Positions 10,491-20,324 are shown, counted from the first letter of the stretch. The stretch: DNA of 64,000 nt from an uncultured Candidatus Rokubacteria bacterium (GCA_963758635.1 CAVWWD010000003.1:224001-288000); one strand, 5' to 3'. Numbers and translations are program-made. The notes: a model not told the origin generated them from the letters alone.

Positions 10491-11892
10491 AGCTCGTCGT
10501 CGTCGGCGGCGGCATCGCCGGCCTCGCGGCCGCCCATCGCGCCGTCGAGCTGTCGCGCGAGCGCGGCGTCGGGCTCGAGCTGACGCTGCTCGAGGCGCAG
10601 GAGCGGCTCGGCGGGACGATCCGGACCGAGCGCCGTGATGGGTTCCTCGTGGAGGCCGGGCCGGACTCGTTCATCTCCGAGAAGCCGTGGGCGCTCGAGC
10701 TCGCCCGCCGCCTCGGCGCCGAGTCGCGGCTGGTCCGGACAGACGAGGCGTCGCGCCGCACGTTCGTGGCGTGGCGAGGCCGGCTGCACCCGCTGCCCGA
10801 GGGTTTCCAGCTCCTGGCCCCGACGCGGCTCCGGCCGCTGCTCGCCTCGTCGCTCTTCTCGTGGCCGGGCAAGCTCCGCATGGGGCTGGACCTCGTGCTG
10901 CCGCGGGGCGGCGACCCCGACGAGAGCCTGGGCGCGTTCGTCCGGCGGCGGCTCGGACGGGAGGCCCTCGAGCGCGTGGCGCAGCCCCTCGTGGCCGGGA
11001 TCTACACCGCGGACCCGGACACGCTGTCGCTCGCCGCCACCATGCCGCGCTTCCTCGAGATCGAGCGTCGCGAGCGGAGCGTGGTCATGGGCATGTGGCG
11101 CGCCGCGCGGAAGGCCGGCGCGGCGGCGAAGGGGGCGAGCGGCGCGCGGTGGTCGCTCTTCGTCACGCTCGCCGGGGGCATGGAGGAGCTGGTCCGGATG
11201 CTCGCGGAGCGGCTGCCCGAGGGGGCGGTGCGGCTCGGGGAGCGGGTCACCGGGATCGCGCGCGCCGGCGCCGGATGGCGCATCGCCGCCGCGTCCGGCG
11301 CCACGTTCGACGCCGACGCGGTCATCCTCGCGTGCGAGTCGTACCAGGCCGCGCGGATGCTCCGCTATCTCGACCCGTCGCTGGCCCTCCTCCTCGAGGA
11401 CATCCCCGTACGCGTCGTCCGCCGTCGTCACGCTGGCCTTCCGGCGGGGCGACGTCGAGCACCCGCTGGACGGCTTCGGCTTCGTGGTGCCGCGCGCGGA
11501 GGGGCGGCCCATCATCGCGTGCACGTTCTCGAGCGTGAAGTACGCGGGCCGGGCCCCCGACGGCCACGTGCTGCTGCGCGTGTTCGTGGGGGGCGCGCTG
11601 GACGAGGCGGCCCTGGATGCCGACGACGCGCGCCTGATCGCCCTGGGGCGCGCGCAGCTCGCCGAGCTCCTGGGCGCGCGCGGTGAGCCGGTGCTCGCGT
11701 CGGTGAGCCGCCACCGGCGGGCGATGCCGCAGTATCACGTCGGCCACCTGGCGCGCGTCGAGGCCATCGAGCTCGGCCTGCGCCGCCATCCCGGCCTCGC
11801 CCTGGCCGGTGGCGCCTACCGCGGTGTCGGCATCCCCGACTGCGTCCACTCCGGCGAATCCGCCGCCGCCCAGCTCCGTTCCCACCGCCTGA
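10487..11892 (+). CDS. hemY: Coproporphyrinogen/protoporphyrinogen oxidase, HemY/CgoX family; +1 frameshift at ~11405; 3' end uncertain
   Basis: VVVGGGIAGL dinucleotide fold, EAGPDSF, AMPQYHVGH, YRGVGIPDCV. The nearest stop (11890-11892) needs one more +1 shift. Confidence 0.9.
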
Positions 11893-11970
11893 CCCCCCCT
11901 GCGCAACGCGAGGGGTTAGACCCCCGCATCGCGCAACATCGGGGTCAGACCCTCGCGCAACGGTGGGGGC
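11890..11970. repeat. Cluster of short REP-like palindromic units (GACCC..GCGCAAC..GGGGT x3; GGGGTCAGACCC / GGGGTTAGACCCC)
   Basis: Three imperfect repeats read directly in the gap between convergent hemY and the ABC permease. Confidence 0.55.
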
Positions 11971-11988
11971 GGACGTGCGTTGCCGGGC

Positions 11989-12751
11989 TCAGCGGTGGTG
12001 GGGCTCCCAGCGGAAGCGACGCACGGCGAAGTACGAGGGCGGCGAGACCCCAGGCGAGCATGGCGACGAGGCCGGTGGTGTCGGCGCCCGGGGAGCGGGC
12101 GTCGAAGGCGGTGAAGACCGCGTGCTGGAAGTGGCGCACCGGGAAGAACGAGGCGATCCGGTCGAGCATCGAGCCGGGCTCGAGCGGGAAGAACGTGCCC
12201 GAGATGAAGAGCAGCGGGAAGAGCGCGCCGTTGACCACCGCCGGCGAGGCGTGCGCGTTCCTGATGAGCGCGGTGACGGCCAGCCCCAGGGCGCAGAAGC
12301 AGAAGCTCCCGAGGACCAGGCTCGCGGCGAGCGCCACCGGGTGGGCGGGCACGCGCACGTCGTAGAGGAGCACCCCCACGGCCGTCGTGATCACGGTGAG
12401 CAGCGCGCTCACCACCAGCGACGAGCCGACGTGCCCGCCCATGAACACCCACGACGGCAGCGGCGTTCCGCGCAGGCGCTTGAGCACGCCCATGTCCCGC
12501 CGGAAGCAGAGCGTGATGGCGATGTTGGTGTAGCACGCCGAGATGACGCCGAACGCCACGATGCCGGGCACGAAGTACTGCGCGTAGCTGATCCCGCCGA
12601 GCGCGGCGATCGAGGTGGAGCGGTACATGGTCGTGAAGATGAACAGCAGCACCAGCGGGAAGGCGAACGTGAAGAACGCGCTCGACGGCGTCCGCCAGTA
12701 CGTCCGCTGCTCGTAGCCCACCTGCCGCGCGAGGAGCCGGAGCGCGCTCAT
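11989..12751 (-). CDS. ABC-2 type exporter permease (DrrB-like); +1 frameshift near 12036
   Basis: Multiple TM segments, GVLKRLRGTPL, LFISGTFFP. The corrected C-terminus reads AVRRFRWEP. Confidence 0.88.
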
Positions 12752-13644
12752 TCCTCGCCCACCAGCTCGAGGTAGGCGTCTTCCAGCGTCGGCGTCGACA
12801 CCGTGAGGCCCGGCAGGTCCAGCCCCCGGCCCACCGCCCAGGTGGTGAGCGTGTGGAGCGCGCGCGTCGGCTCCGTGGTCTCGACCACCACCTGCTCGTC
12901 CTGCCGTCGGGCGGGGACGGGCAGGGCCTCGAGGCCGATGCCGTCGGGGAGCCGGAAGCGGATGCGCGTGCCGCCGGCGACGCGTCCGCCCAGGGAGTCG
13001 GGCGGCCCCTCGGCCACGATGCGGCCGCGCGCGATCACCGCGACGCGGTCGGCCAGCTGCTGGGCCTCGTCCATGTAGTGCGTGGTGAGCAGCACCGTCT
13101 TCCCGGTCTGGCACAGGTTGCGCACCACCGCCCACGCCGCGCGCCGCGCCCCGGGGTCGAATCCCGTCGTGGGCTCGTCGAGGAAGATCAGGTCGGGGTC
13201 GCCGACCAGGGCGAGCGCGAGGTCGAGCCTCCGCCGGAGGCCGCCGGAGAGCGTGCGGATGCGCGCGTCGGCGCGGTCGGCGAGGCCCATCATCTCGAGG
13301 ACCTCGCTCACGGGCCGGGGGCGCGGGTAGTAGCCGGCCTGCCGGCGCATCGCCTCGGAGACCGTCAGCAGCTCCTCGATGCCGCACTCCTGCAGCACGA
13401 TGCCGATGCGCTCCTTGAAGACGCGGTCGCCGCGCGCGGGATCCGACCCGAGCACGGACACGCGGCCGGCGTCGGCGCGCCGGAAGCCCTCGAGGATCTC
13501 CACCGTGGACGTCTTCCCGGCGCCGTTGGGCCCGAGGAGGGCGAAGACCTCGCCCTCGGCCACGGCGAAGCTGATGCCCCGAACGGCTTCGACGGCGCCG
13601 TAGGATTTCCGCAGGTCCTCGACGAGGATGGCAGGCTGTCCCAT
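12748..13644 (-). CDS. ABC exporter ATP-binding protein (DrrA-like)
   Basis: Walker A GPNGAGKTS, LSGG, FLDEPTTG, LTTHYMDEA. Confidence 0.95.
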   Translation of the reverse strand: MGQPAILVEDLRKSYGAVEAVRGISFAVAEGEVFALLGPNGAGKTSTVEILEGFRRADAGRVSVLGSDPARGDRVFKERIGIVLQECGIEELLTVSEAMRRQAGYYPRPRPVSEVLEMMGLADRADARIRTLSGGLRRRLDLALALVGDPDLIFLDEPTTGFDPGARRAAWAVVRNLCQTGKTVLLTTHYMDEAQQLADRVAVIARGRIVAEGPPDSLGGRVAGGTRIRFRLPDGIGLEALPVPARRQDEQVVVETTEPTRALHTLTTWAVGRGLDLPGLTVSTPTLEDAYLELVGEE

Positions 13645-13730
13645 GCGTGCGCCCGGCGGCTTTCCGGGCGCGCGGGCCTCCACACCATACGCAAAGGGCC
13701 CAGGTCACGCAACCGACTCGGCGCGTATCG

Positions 13731-13871
13731 GCTTTCAAGGAAGCCAACCCGATGCCGATCAAGCACTGCCTGTCCCGCCAGGGCCTGATCAAGTCGGCGG
13801 AGTGCCGTCTGCCGCTGACCCGCGTGTCCGACGGCCTCGCCGGGAAGCTGGAGGCCGCCGGCTGGTATTGA
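13731..13871 (+). pseudogene. C-terminal remnant of a DapA-like (dihydrodipicolinate synthase family) gene
   Basis: FKEANPMPIKHCLSRQGLIKSAECRLPLTRVS resembles the DapA tail pattern F.E.NP.P.K..L...G......RLPL. No upstream domain is present. Confidence 0.6.
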
Positions 13872-13913
13872 CGTGGCCGGACGCGCTGGCCCATGCTCTC
13901 GCCGGAGGAACCC

Positions 13914-14666
13914 ATGAGACTGGCCGGCAAGGTCGCGCTGATCAGCGGAGGCGCGCGCGGGATGGGCGCCGAGGAGGCGCGCCTGTTCGCGCGCGAGGGC
14001 GCCCGCGTCGTCCTGGGCGACGTGCTCGACGCGGAGGGCAAGGCGGTGGAAGGGCAGATCCGGGCCGCGGGCGGGCAGGCCACGTACCTGCATCTCGACG
14101 TCACCAGCGAGACGGACTGGGAGGCCGCGGTGACGACGGCGGAGCGGCTCCACGGCAAGCTCGACGTGCTCGTGAACAACGCGGGCATCGGCGGCGGCAG
14201 CCGCATCGAGCAGACGACGGTGGACGAGTGGGACCGCATGATGGCGGTGAACGCCAAGGGCGTGTTCCTCGGCACGCGCGCGGCCATCCCGGCCATGCGC
14301 CGCGCCGGCGGCGGGTCGATCATCAACATCTCGTCCCAGCTCGGCCTGGTCGGCACCGACAACTCGAGCCCGCAGTACCAGGCGTCGAAGGGCGCGGTGC
14401 GCATCCTCACGAAGGCCACCGCGATCCAGTACGCGAAGGACAAGATCCGCGCGAACTCCGTGCATCCCGGCCCCATCGTGACGCCGATGACCGAGCGCCG
14501 GCGCGCCGATCCCGAGACGTACAAGCTGATGCTCTCGCGCATCCCGCTGGGACGCTACGGCGAGCCCGAGGACGTTGCGATGGGCGTGCTCTACCTCGCC
14601 GCCGACGAGTCGTCGTTCGTGACGGGCAGCGAGCTGGTCATCGACGGCGGCTGGACGGCGCAGTGA
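13914..14666 (+). CDS. Short-chain dehydrogenase/reductase (classical SDR)
   Basis: SGGARGMG, NNAG, YQASK, VIDGG; RBS GGAGG. Confidence 0.95.
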   Translation: MRLAGKVALISGGARGMGAEEARLFAREGARVVLGDVLDAEGKAVEGQIRAAGGQATYLHLDVTSETDWEAAVTTAERLHGKLDVLVNNAGIGGGSRIEQTTVDEWDRMMAVNAKGVFLGTRAAIPAMRRAGGGSIINISSQLGLVGTDNSSPQYQASKGAVRILTKATAIQYAKDKIRANSVHPGPIVTPMTERRRADPETYKLMLSRIPLGRYGEPEDVAMGVLYLAADESSFVTGSELVIDGGWTAQ

Positions 14667-14727
14667 ACGGCGCGCGGGGCATCCTCGCGCTTGACAGGGA
14701 CCTGCTGACTGCGGACAAGGAGCGGCC

Positions 14728-15369
14728 ATGGCTGACACCCACGACGTCTTCGAGACCATGCACACCATGCGGGCCATGCGGCGCCTCCGGCCCGACCCCG
14801 TGCCCGACGAGCTGATCCGGCAGATCCTCGAGGCCGGCCAGTGCGCGCCGAACGGCGGCAACACGCAGCGCTGGCGCTTCCTGGTCGTCAAGGACCGCGC
14901 GATCAAGCAGCGCGTGCAGGCCTACTACAAGCGCGCGTTCGACGAGGTGGTGGGCCCCCGCTACCTCAGCAGCACGCCGCCGCCCGGCGTGAGCCGCGCG
15001 CAGTACGATCGCCAGCACGCCGCGGTGGAGTACCTCACCGACCACTTCCACGAGGCGCCGGTGTGGATCGTGGCGTGCCTCGAGGAGGGGACCGCCACGC
15101 CCACGCGCTGGTCGGGCGCGTCCATCTATCCGGCCGTCCAGAACATGCTGCTCGCCGCGCGCGCCCTTGGCCTCGGCTGCACGCTGACCACGCGACACCT
15201 GCTGTTCGAGAAGGAGACGGAGGCCGCGCTCGGGCTGCCGCCCGGCGTGCACTCCTACGCCATCCTGCCGATCGGCTATCCGATGGGGAACTTCGGCCCC
15301 GTGGGACGCGGGCCGCTCGCCGACATCGTCTATCAGGACCGCTGGGGCACCCCGTACACCGGCACCTAG
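14728..15369 (+). CDS. Nitroreductase family protein
   Basis: RAMRR, APNGGNTQRWRF, QNMLLAARALGLG, PIGYP. Confidence 0.92.
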   Translation: MADTHDVFETMHTMRAMRRLRPDPVPDELIRQILEAGQCAPNGGNTQRWRFLVVKDRAIKQRVQAYYKRAFDEVVGPRYLSSTPPPGVSRAQYDRQHAAVEYLTDHFHEAPVWIVACLEEGTATPTRWSGASIYPAVQNMLLAARALGLGCTLTTRHLLFEKETEAALGLPPGVHSYAILPIGYPMGNFGPVGRGPLADIVYQDRWGTPYTGT

Positions 15370-15399
15370 CGGGGCCTTGGCGGGCGCGAACAGGGCCTC

Positions 15400-15446
15400 G
15401 GGCCGGCCAGCCGTCGTTCCGGGCGGCGGACGACGGTCGGCCGGCC
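15400..15446. terminator. GC-rich hairpin between convergent genes
   Basis: GGCCGGCC-AGCCGTCG...CGACGGTC-GGCCGGCC inverted repeat with no U-tract. Confidence 0.4.
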
Positions 15447-15459
15447 GAGCGGCCTCTCT

Positions 15460-15738
15460 CTACTTCTTCGTCGCGGGCGCCTTGTCCGGCGCCGGCCCCA
15501 TATCCTTCAGGGCGAGATGCAGGGTGATCTTGTCGCCCTTCTTCACGGTCGCGAGCTCGGACGGCGGGAAGTGGACGATGAGCGTTCCTGCCGACGTCTT
15601 CACGTGAACCCAGCCATCCTTGCCGTCCACGCGCGTGATCTCGCCCGGCATCGAGTGCGCATCCGACTGCGCCAGGGCGGGGCCCACGCTCGTGGCGAGT
15701 AGCACGAGACCCAGCGCGATCGCGGCCAGGCTGCTCAT
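15460..15738 (-). CDS. Small secreted OB-fold-like protein (paralog of 16329-16640)
   Basis: Signal peptide ending ALA-Q; GEITRVDGKDGWVHVKT...HFPP...VKKGDKI; own RBS GGAGA. Confidence 0.7.
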   Translation of the reverse strand: MSSLAAIALGLVLLATSVGPALAQSDAHSMPGEITRVDGKDGWVHVKTSAGTLIVHFPPSELATVKKGDKITLHLALKDMGPAPDKAPATKK

Positions 15739-16278
15739 GGCCGCCTCTCCACGGGCCGAGTAGATCTGCTCGCACCCGCAGCCCGCCCACTCCCGATCGA
15801 TCTCCGCGGCCTCAGCCTCGGTCCTGGGTGTGATGCCCATGACCATGCCACCTTCCCCGATGCCCTTCTCGTAGAGCTTCGCGCGCTCCTCCGGAATGCC
15901 GCGGCCGACGAAGAAGCCCACGATCGCTCCCAGCACGCCTCCCGTGGCGCCTCCGGCCAGCGCGGCGGCGAGCGGCCCGGCGGCGATGATCGGCAGCCCG
16001 GGCACCGCGATCCCCGCGGCGGCGAGACCGGCGAGCAGCGCGCCGATGCCTCCCGCGCTCACCGCGCCGACGGCCGCGCCTTCGGCCGCCTTGGTCCCGA
16101 GCTCGGTCCGGCTCGGGTCGTCCTTCGGGTACCACCGGTCGCGCGTCTCCGGGGCCATGAGCACGCTCACGTCCCGGTCTCCATATCCACGATCCTTCAG
16201 GTACGTGTAGCCGCGCTCTGCGGCCTCACGGTCCCGGAACAGGCCGGTCATGATGCGATTCGACTGATCAGATGCCAC
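15735..16278 (-). CDS. General-stress-protein-like membrane protein (glycine-zipper type)
   Basis: GLFRDREAAE, Gly/Ala-rich AGPLAAAL region, GIPEERAKLYE; RBS AAGGAGGAG before GTG. As sequenced it is in frame with the downstream gene. Confidence 0.75.
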
Positions 16279-16328
16279 GGTGACTCCTCCTTCCGGCCGG
16301 CGATGCCGGCGCAGGTGTTGCGACGGGA

Positions 16329-16640
16329 TCACTTCGTCTTGGTCGTCTTCGTCGTCGTGTCGGCGGCCCCGGGGCCGCCCGGCGTCATGCCGATCTCGAC
16401 GCTGACGCGGTTGCCCTTCTTCACCGACGCCAGGACGGACGGCGGGAAGTGGAGCTTCATCGATCCCTCGGCCGTCTTGACGTCGACCCAGCCCCGCTTG
16501 GCGTCCACCTTGGTGACCTCGCCCTCCATGGTGTGACGGCCCATGGGGGCAGGTGGGGACTGCGCCTCGACAATGGGGCTCGAGGTTGTCAGCATCAGGC
16601 CCGCGGCCAGGATGCTCGCGCTGAACAGTGGCGTCTTCAT
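16329..16640 (-). CDS. Small secreted OB-fold-like protein
   Basis: RBS GAGGAG, signal peptide, GEVTKVDAKRGWVDVKT...HFPP...VKKGNRV. Confidence 0.75.
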   Translation of the reverse strand: MKTPLFSASILAAGLMLTTSSPIVEAQSPPAPMGRHTMEGEVTKVDAKRGWVDVKTAEGSMKLHFPPSVLASVKKGNRVSVEIGMTPGGPGAADTTTKTTKTK

Positions 16641-16727
16641 GCTCTCCTCGCTTGCCTGGTAGCCAGGCGTCGGAAGTGTGGTCGCCTCGCCGGAGGCCTC
16701 CTCGCGCGGCGCTACCACCGCGTCAAC

Positions 16728-16742
16728 GCAACGCGCGTGCCA
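16728..16742 (-). promoter_or_regulatory. sigma54 (-24/-12) promoter motif
   Basis: Minus strand reads TGGCACGCGCGTTGC, an exact TGGCAC-N5-TTGC match about 90 nt upstream of the 16640 start. Confidence 0.7.
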
Positions 16743-16973
16743 CGGCATCCGATCGCCACAGAGAGCGGAAGACGGGCCTGGGAAGCGGGTTCGCGCGCCG
16801 CGGAGGCGCGGGACGCGGCGGCAGGAGTGAACCGCTCGGGAAGGATCTACGCGGTCAGGTGGTCCCCGCCGGGTGCGGTTGTCCGCCTCGGGGCCGGTTG
16901 ACTATAGTGTTGCCGGATCGATGGGCGGGGCGATTCCAGCCGGACGACGGAGAGCCGTGAAAGGAGACGCGCC

Positions 16974-18389
16974 ATGAAGCGTTGGGACAGCGATCCGGTT
17001 CTGAGGCGACTGGTGGCGGAGCGGCGGGAGGGCGTCGTGACCCGTCGCGACTTCCTCGCGCGGCTGGGCACCGCCGCGGCGGGGGCGGCGGCGACGACGG
17101 TCGGGGCCGGAGCGCGGCCCGCGCGCGGCCAGAAGAAGGTCGTCGTCACCACGTGGGATACCGAGCCCAACCCGGCGACGCGGGCGGCGATGAAGGCGAT
17201 CGTCGACGACTTCCACAAGCTCCACAAGGACATCGAGGTCCGCGCGGAGGGCATGGGCTGGGGCGACATGGACCGGAAGCTCCAGGCCGCCATGGCCGCG
17301 AAGAGCCCGCCGACCGCCTCGCACACGCAGACGTACGTGGTGACCTCCTTCCGCGCCAAGGGCCTCATCGAGCCCGTCGACGACATCGTGAAGTCGATCG
17401 GCGAGGACAAGATCTTCCCGTCGGTGCTCCGCTGGCTGAAGTATCCCGACGGCAAGTACTGGGGCATCACGCACGCGTGGGGGGCGGAGATCTACGGCGG
17501 CCGCGGGGACTACGTGCGCGGCACCGGCGTCGATCCGCAGAGCTGGAAGACGTGGGACGACTGGCTCCGCGACCTGCCCAAGCTCGGGAAGCCGCCGCAG
17601 CACTATCCGCTCGCGCTCGCCGGCATCCCGTTCTTCGTGAACGAGGACGTCTACATGTGGGCGGGCGCCAACGGCGGGAGCCTCTTCGACGCGAAGGGCC
17701 AGCCCGCGCTGGAGAGCCCGCAGGTGCTGGGCATGCTCGAGTTCTGGAAGAAGCTCAAGCCGAGCCTGCCGCCGGGCTGGGCGTCCCACGACTACCTGGA
17801 GACGCTGTCCGCGTGGGCGACGGGGAAGACGGCATCGGTCCACATGTGGGGCCGGACCGCCGGCTACATCGACCAGTACGCGCCGCCCGACAAGCGCAAC
17901 CCCGACGTGTTCCAGGTGTGGCCGAAGACCGTGGGCCCGATGGGCAAGGCGCCGCTCACCCAGTTCGACAACGAGCCGTGGGTGATCTACGCCGACGCGC
18001 CCGCCGACGAGAAGGCGGCGGCGCGGGAGTTCCTCAAGTTCTTCTTCAAGCCGGAGAACTACCGCAAGCACTGCGACTCGGTGCCCGTGCACATCCTGTC
18101 GATCTACAAGTCCGACTTCCAGGACTCGAGCTACCTGAACCACCCCGAGCGCAAGCGCTGGAAGCCGTGGCTCGACGCGCAGCTCAAGTGGGTGGAGATG
18201 GGCCGCGCGCACCCGCTCCTCGTCTGCAACCCTCAAGACATGCTGGTCCCGTGGATCGGCGACGTGGCCGCCGCGCCCATCCTCGCCGACATGGTCATGG
18301 CGGTGGTCGAGCGCGGAAAGGATCCGAAGGTCGCGGCCAAGGAAGCCACCGACAAGATCGTCCGGGACATCATCGGCAAGGCCAAGTAG
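16974..18389 (+). CDS. ABC transporter substrate-binding protein, CUT1/carbohydrate family, Tat signal
   Basis: TRRDFL twin-arginine motif; followed by two MalF/MalG-type permeases. Confidence 0.88.
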   Translation: MKRWDSDPVLRRLVAERREGVVTRRDFLARLGTAAAGAAATTVGAGARPARGQKKVVVTTWDTEPNPATRAAMKAIVDDFHKLHKDIEVRAEGMGWGDMDRKLQAAMAAKSPPTASHTQTYVVTSFRAKGLIEPVDDIVKSIGEDKIFPSVLRWLKYPDGKYWGITHAWGAEIYGGRGDYVRGTGVDPQSWKTWDDWLRDLPKLGKPPQHYPLALAGIPFFVNEDVYMWAGANGGSLFDAKGQPALESPQVLGMLEFWKKLKPSLPPGWASHDYLETLSAWATGKTASVHMWGRTAGYIDQYAPPDKRNPDVFQVWPKTVGPMGKAPLTQFDNEPWVIYADAPADEKAAAREFLKFFFKPENYRKHCDSVPVHILSIYKSDFQDSSYLNHPERKRWKPWLDAQLKWVEMGRAHPLLVCNPQDMLVPWIGDVAAAPILADMVMAVVERGKDPKVAAKEATDKIVRDIIGKAK

Positions 18390-18462
18390 CGCCGCCGGTC
18401 GGCGCAGTGAGGGCGCCGCCCCCGGGCCCGGCTCCGGGAGGCGGCGCCGGATCCTCCCTGGA

Positions 18463-19407
18463 ATGAGAGCACCGTCGGACACCATCGTCATCGCCACTGC
18501 CCGCGCGGCCCGCCGGACCGGCCGCCGCCGGCGCGAGGCGTGGATCGGCGTTGGCCTGCTCGCGCCGTCGGCGGCTCTCGTGCTCGCCTTCGCGCTCTTC
18601 CCCGTTGCCTACAACGTGTGGCTCGGGTTCCACGCCAAGCATTCGCTGCGGGCCACGAGCACGTGGATCGGCCTCGCCAACTACGCGCAGATCTTCGGCG
18701 ACCAGGACTTCTGGCGCAGCGTGTACCTCGCGACGGTGTACGCCGTCGGCAGCACGGCGCTGCAGATCGTGGCCGGGGTGGCGGGCGCCCTGATCCTGCA
18801 CCGGCGGTTCCCCGGGTGCGACTTCCTGCGCGGGGTGGCCCTGTTCCCCTACATGATCCCGACGGTGATCGCGGTGTTCGTGTGGCGCTGGCTCATGAAC
18901 GACCTCTACGGCGTCATTCCGTACGTGCTCGGCGCCCTGCGCATCCCCGGCATGCCGGAGGCCTGGCTGACCCACGGCACCATCATGTGGGTCCTCATCG
19001 TGCTCTCGGTGTGGACCTTCTTCCCGTTCGTGCTCGTGAACGTCCTCGCCCGCCTGCAGACGATCCCGCTCGAGCTGTACGACGCGGCCCGCGTCGACGG
19101 GGCGTCGGCCGTCCGACAGTTCGTGCACGTCACCCTGCCGCAGCTCAAGAACGTGCTCCTGATCGTGCTCCTGCTTCGCGGGATCTGGATGTTCACCAAG
19201 TTCGACGTGCCGTGGCTGCTCGGGTTCGGCGGCGGGGCGGGCGAGGCCATCCGGACGCTGCCCGTGTTCACGTACCAGCGCTCGTTCACGTACTACCAGG
19301 CGGGGATGGGCGCCGCCCTGTCAAACGTGATGTTCGCGCTCCTCCTCATGGCCGTGACCATCTACTTCGTGGCCTTCCCGCCTGCCGAGGACGACAACGA
19401 TGCGTGA
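18463..19407 (+). CDS. ABC permease (MalF/UgpA-like)
   Basis: IGLANY, ELYDAARVDGA EAA motif. Confidence 0.92.
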   Translation: MRAPSDTIVIATARAARRTGRRRREAWIGVGLLAPSAALVLAFALFPVAYNVWLGFHAKHSLRATSTWIGLANYAQIFGDQDFWRSVYLATVYAVGSTALQIVAGVAGALILHRRFPGCDFLRGVALFPYMIPTVIAVFVWRWLMNDLYGVIPYVLGALRIPGMPEAWLTHGTIMWVLIVLSVWTFFPFVLVNVLARLQTIPLELYDAARVDGASAVRQFVHVTLPQLKNVLLIVLLLRGIWMFTKFDVPWLLGFGGGAGEAIRTLPVFTYQRSFTYYQAGMGAALSNVMFALLLMAVTIYFVAFPPAEDDNDA

Positions 19408-20239
19408 CCGCCGCCGCCGCCGCGCCTCCCGCGCCGTGGAGTGGGGGCTCCGCGTGGGCCTCTTCGTCTTCTGCGCGTTTCCCCTCTACTGGATGGTCGT
19501 GTCGTCGTTCAAGGTGAGCCACGAGCTGCTCGCCTCGCCGCCCACGTTCTGGCCTCACGACTGGGAGCTGCGCGCCTACCGCAAGCTCTTCTACGAGACG
19601 AACTTCTGGATCTACTTCCAGAACACGATCATCGTGTCGGCGATGACGACGGTCATCGTGATCCTGGCCGGGGTGATCGGCGCCTACAGCCTCACCCGCT
19701 ACGCCTTCCGCGGGCGGACGCTGGTGGCGCGGGTGACGCTGCTCGCGTACATGTTCCCGCCCATCATCATGCTCGTGCCGCTCTTCCTGCTCGCCCGGCA
19801 GCTCGGCCTCACCAACTCGCTCCCCGGGCTCGCGCTGACGTACATCTCGTTCTCGCTGCCGTACGCGCTCTGGATCCTGCGCGCGTTCTTCCAGTCCATC
19901 CCCGTGGAGCTGGAGCACGCCGCGCTGATCGACGGCGCCAACCGCGCCCAGGCCCTCGCCTACATCGTGATGCCGCTGGCCCTGCCCGGGATCATCGCCA
20001 CCGCGATCTTCACGTTCATCGTGGCCTGGAACGACTTCCTCTTCGCCCTGGTGCTGATCGGCCAGGACGACCTCAAGACCCTCGCCATCGGCATCAACGA
20101 GTTCTTCCACATGGCCGTGGTGGACTGGGGGCTCATCATGGCCGCAGGCGTCATGGTGACGATCCCCGCCCTCGCGTTCTTCATCGCCGTCCAGCGCTAT
20201 CTGATCGCAGGCTGGGGCGCAGGCGGGGTGAAGGGTTGA
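19400..20239 (+). CDS. ABC permease (MalG/UgpE-like)
   Basis: IPVELEHAALIDGA, AWNDFLFA. Confidence 0.92.
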   Translation: MRDRRRRRASRAVEWGLRVGLFVFCAFPLYWMVVSSFKVSHELLASPPTFWPHDWELRAYRKLFYETNFWIYFQNTIIVSAMTTVIVILAGVIGAYSLTRYAFRGRTLVARVTLLAYMFPPIIMLVPLFLLARQLGLTNSLPGLALTYISFSLPYALWILRAFFQSIPVELEHAALIDGANRAQALAYIVMPLALPGIIATAIFTFIVAWNDFLFALVLIGQDDLKTLAIGINEFFHMAVVDWGLIMAAGVMVTIPALAFFIAVQRYLIAGWGAGGVKG

Positions 20240-20324
20240 GCGCGACCGGCGACTGGGACGTGCTCGGCGGCCCGCAGCACGGGCCACTCCTCGACATCGA
20301 CATCCCCTGACAGCGAGGTGACGC

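Noticed and set aside
9542..11892. Programmed frameshifting or true pseudogenes in hemH/hemY and other genes
   Set aside because: No shared slippery heptamer, almost all are +1 in short G/C runs, and codon usage is intact. Sequencing error is the simpler explanation.
10635..12365. C-terminally extended HemY overlapping the ABC permease
   Set aside because: The extension runs through the REP-like cluster and antisense to the permease. More likely a missed stop from another indel.
15460..16332. Novel fusion of a stress protein and an OB-fold protein (290-aa ORF)
   Set aside because: The second half has its own RBS and signal peptide. Removing one base upstream gives a stop overlapping its ATG (ATGA), consistent with the window's +1 error pattern.
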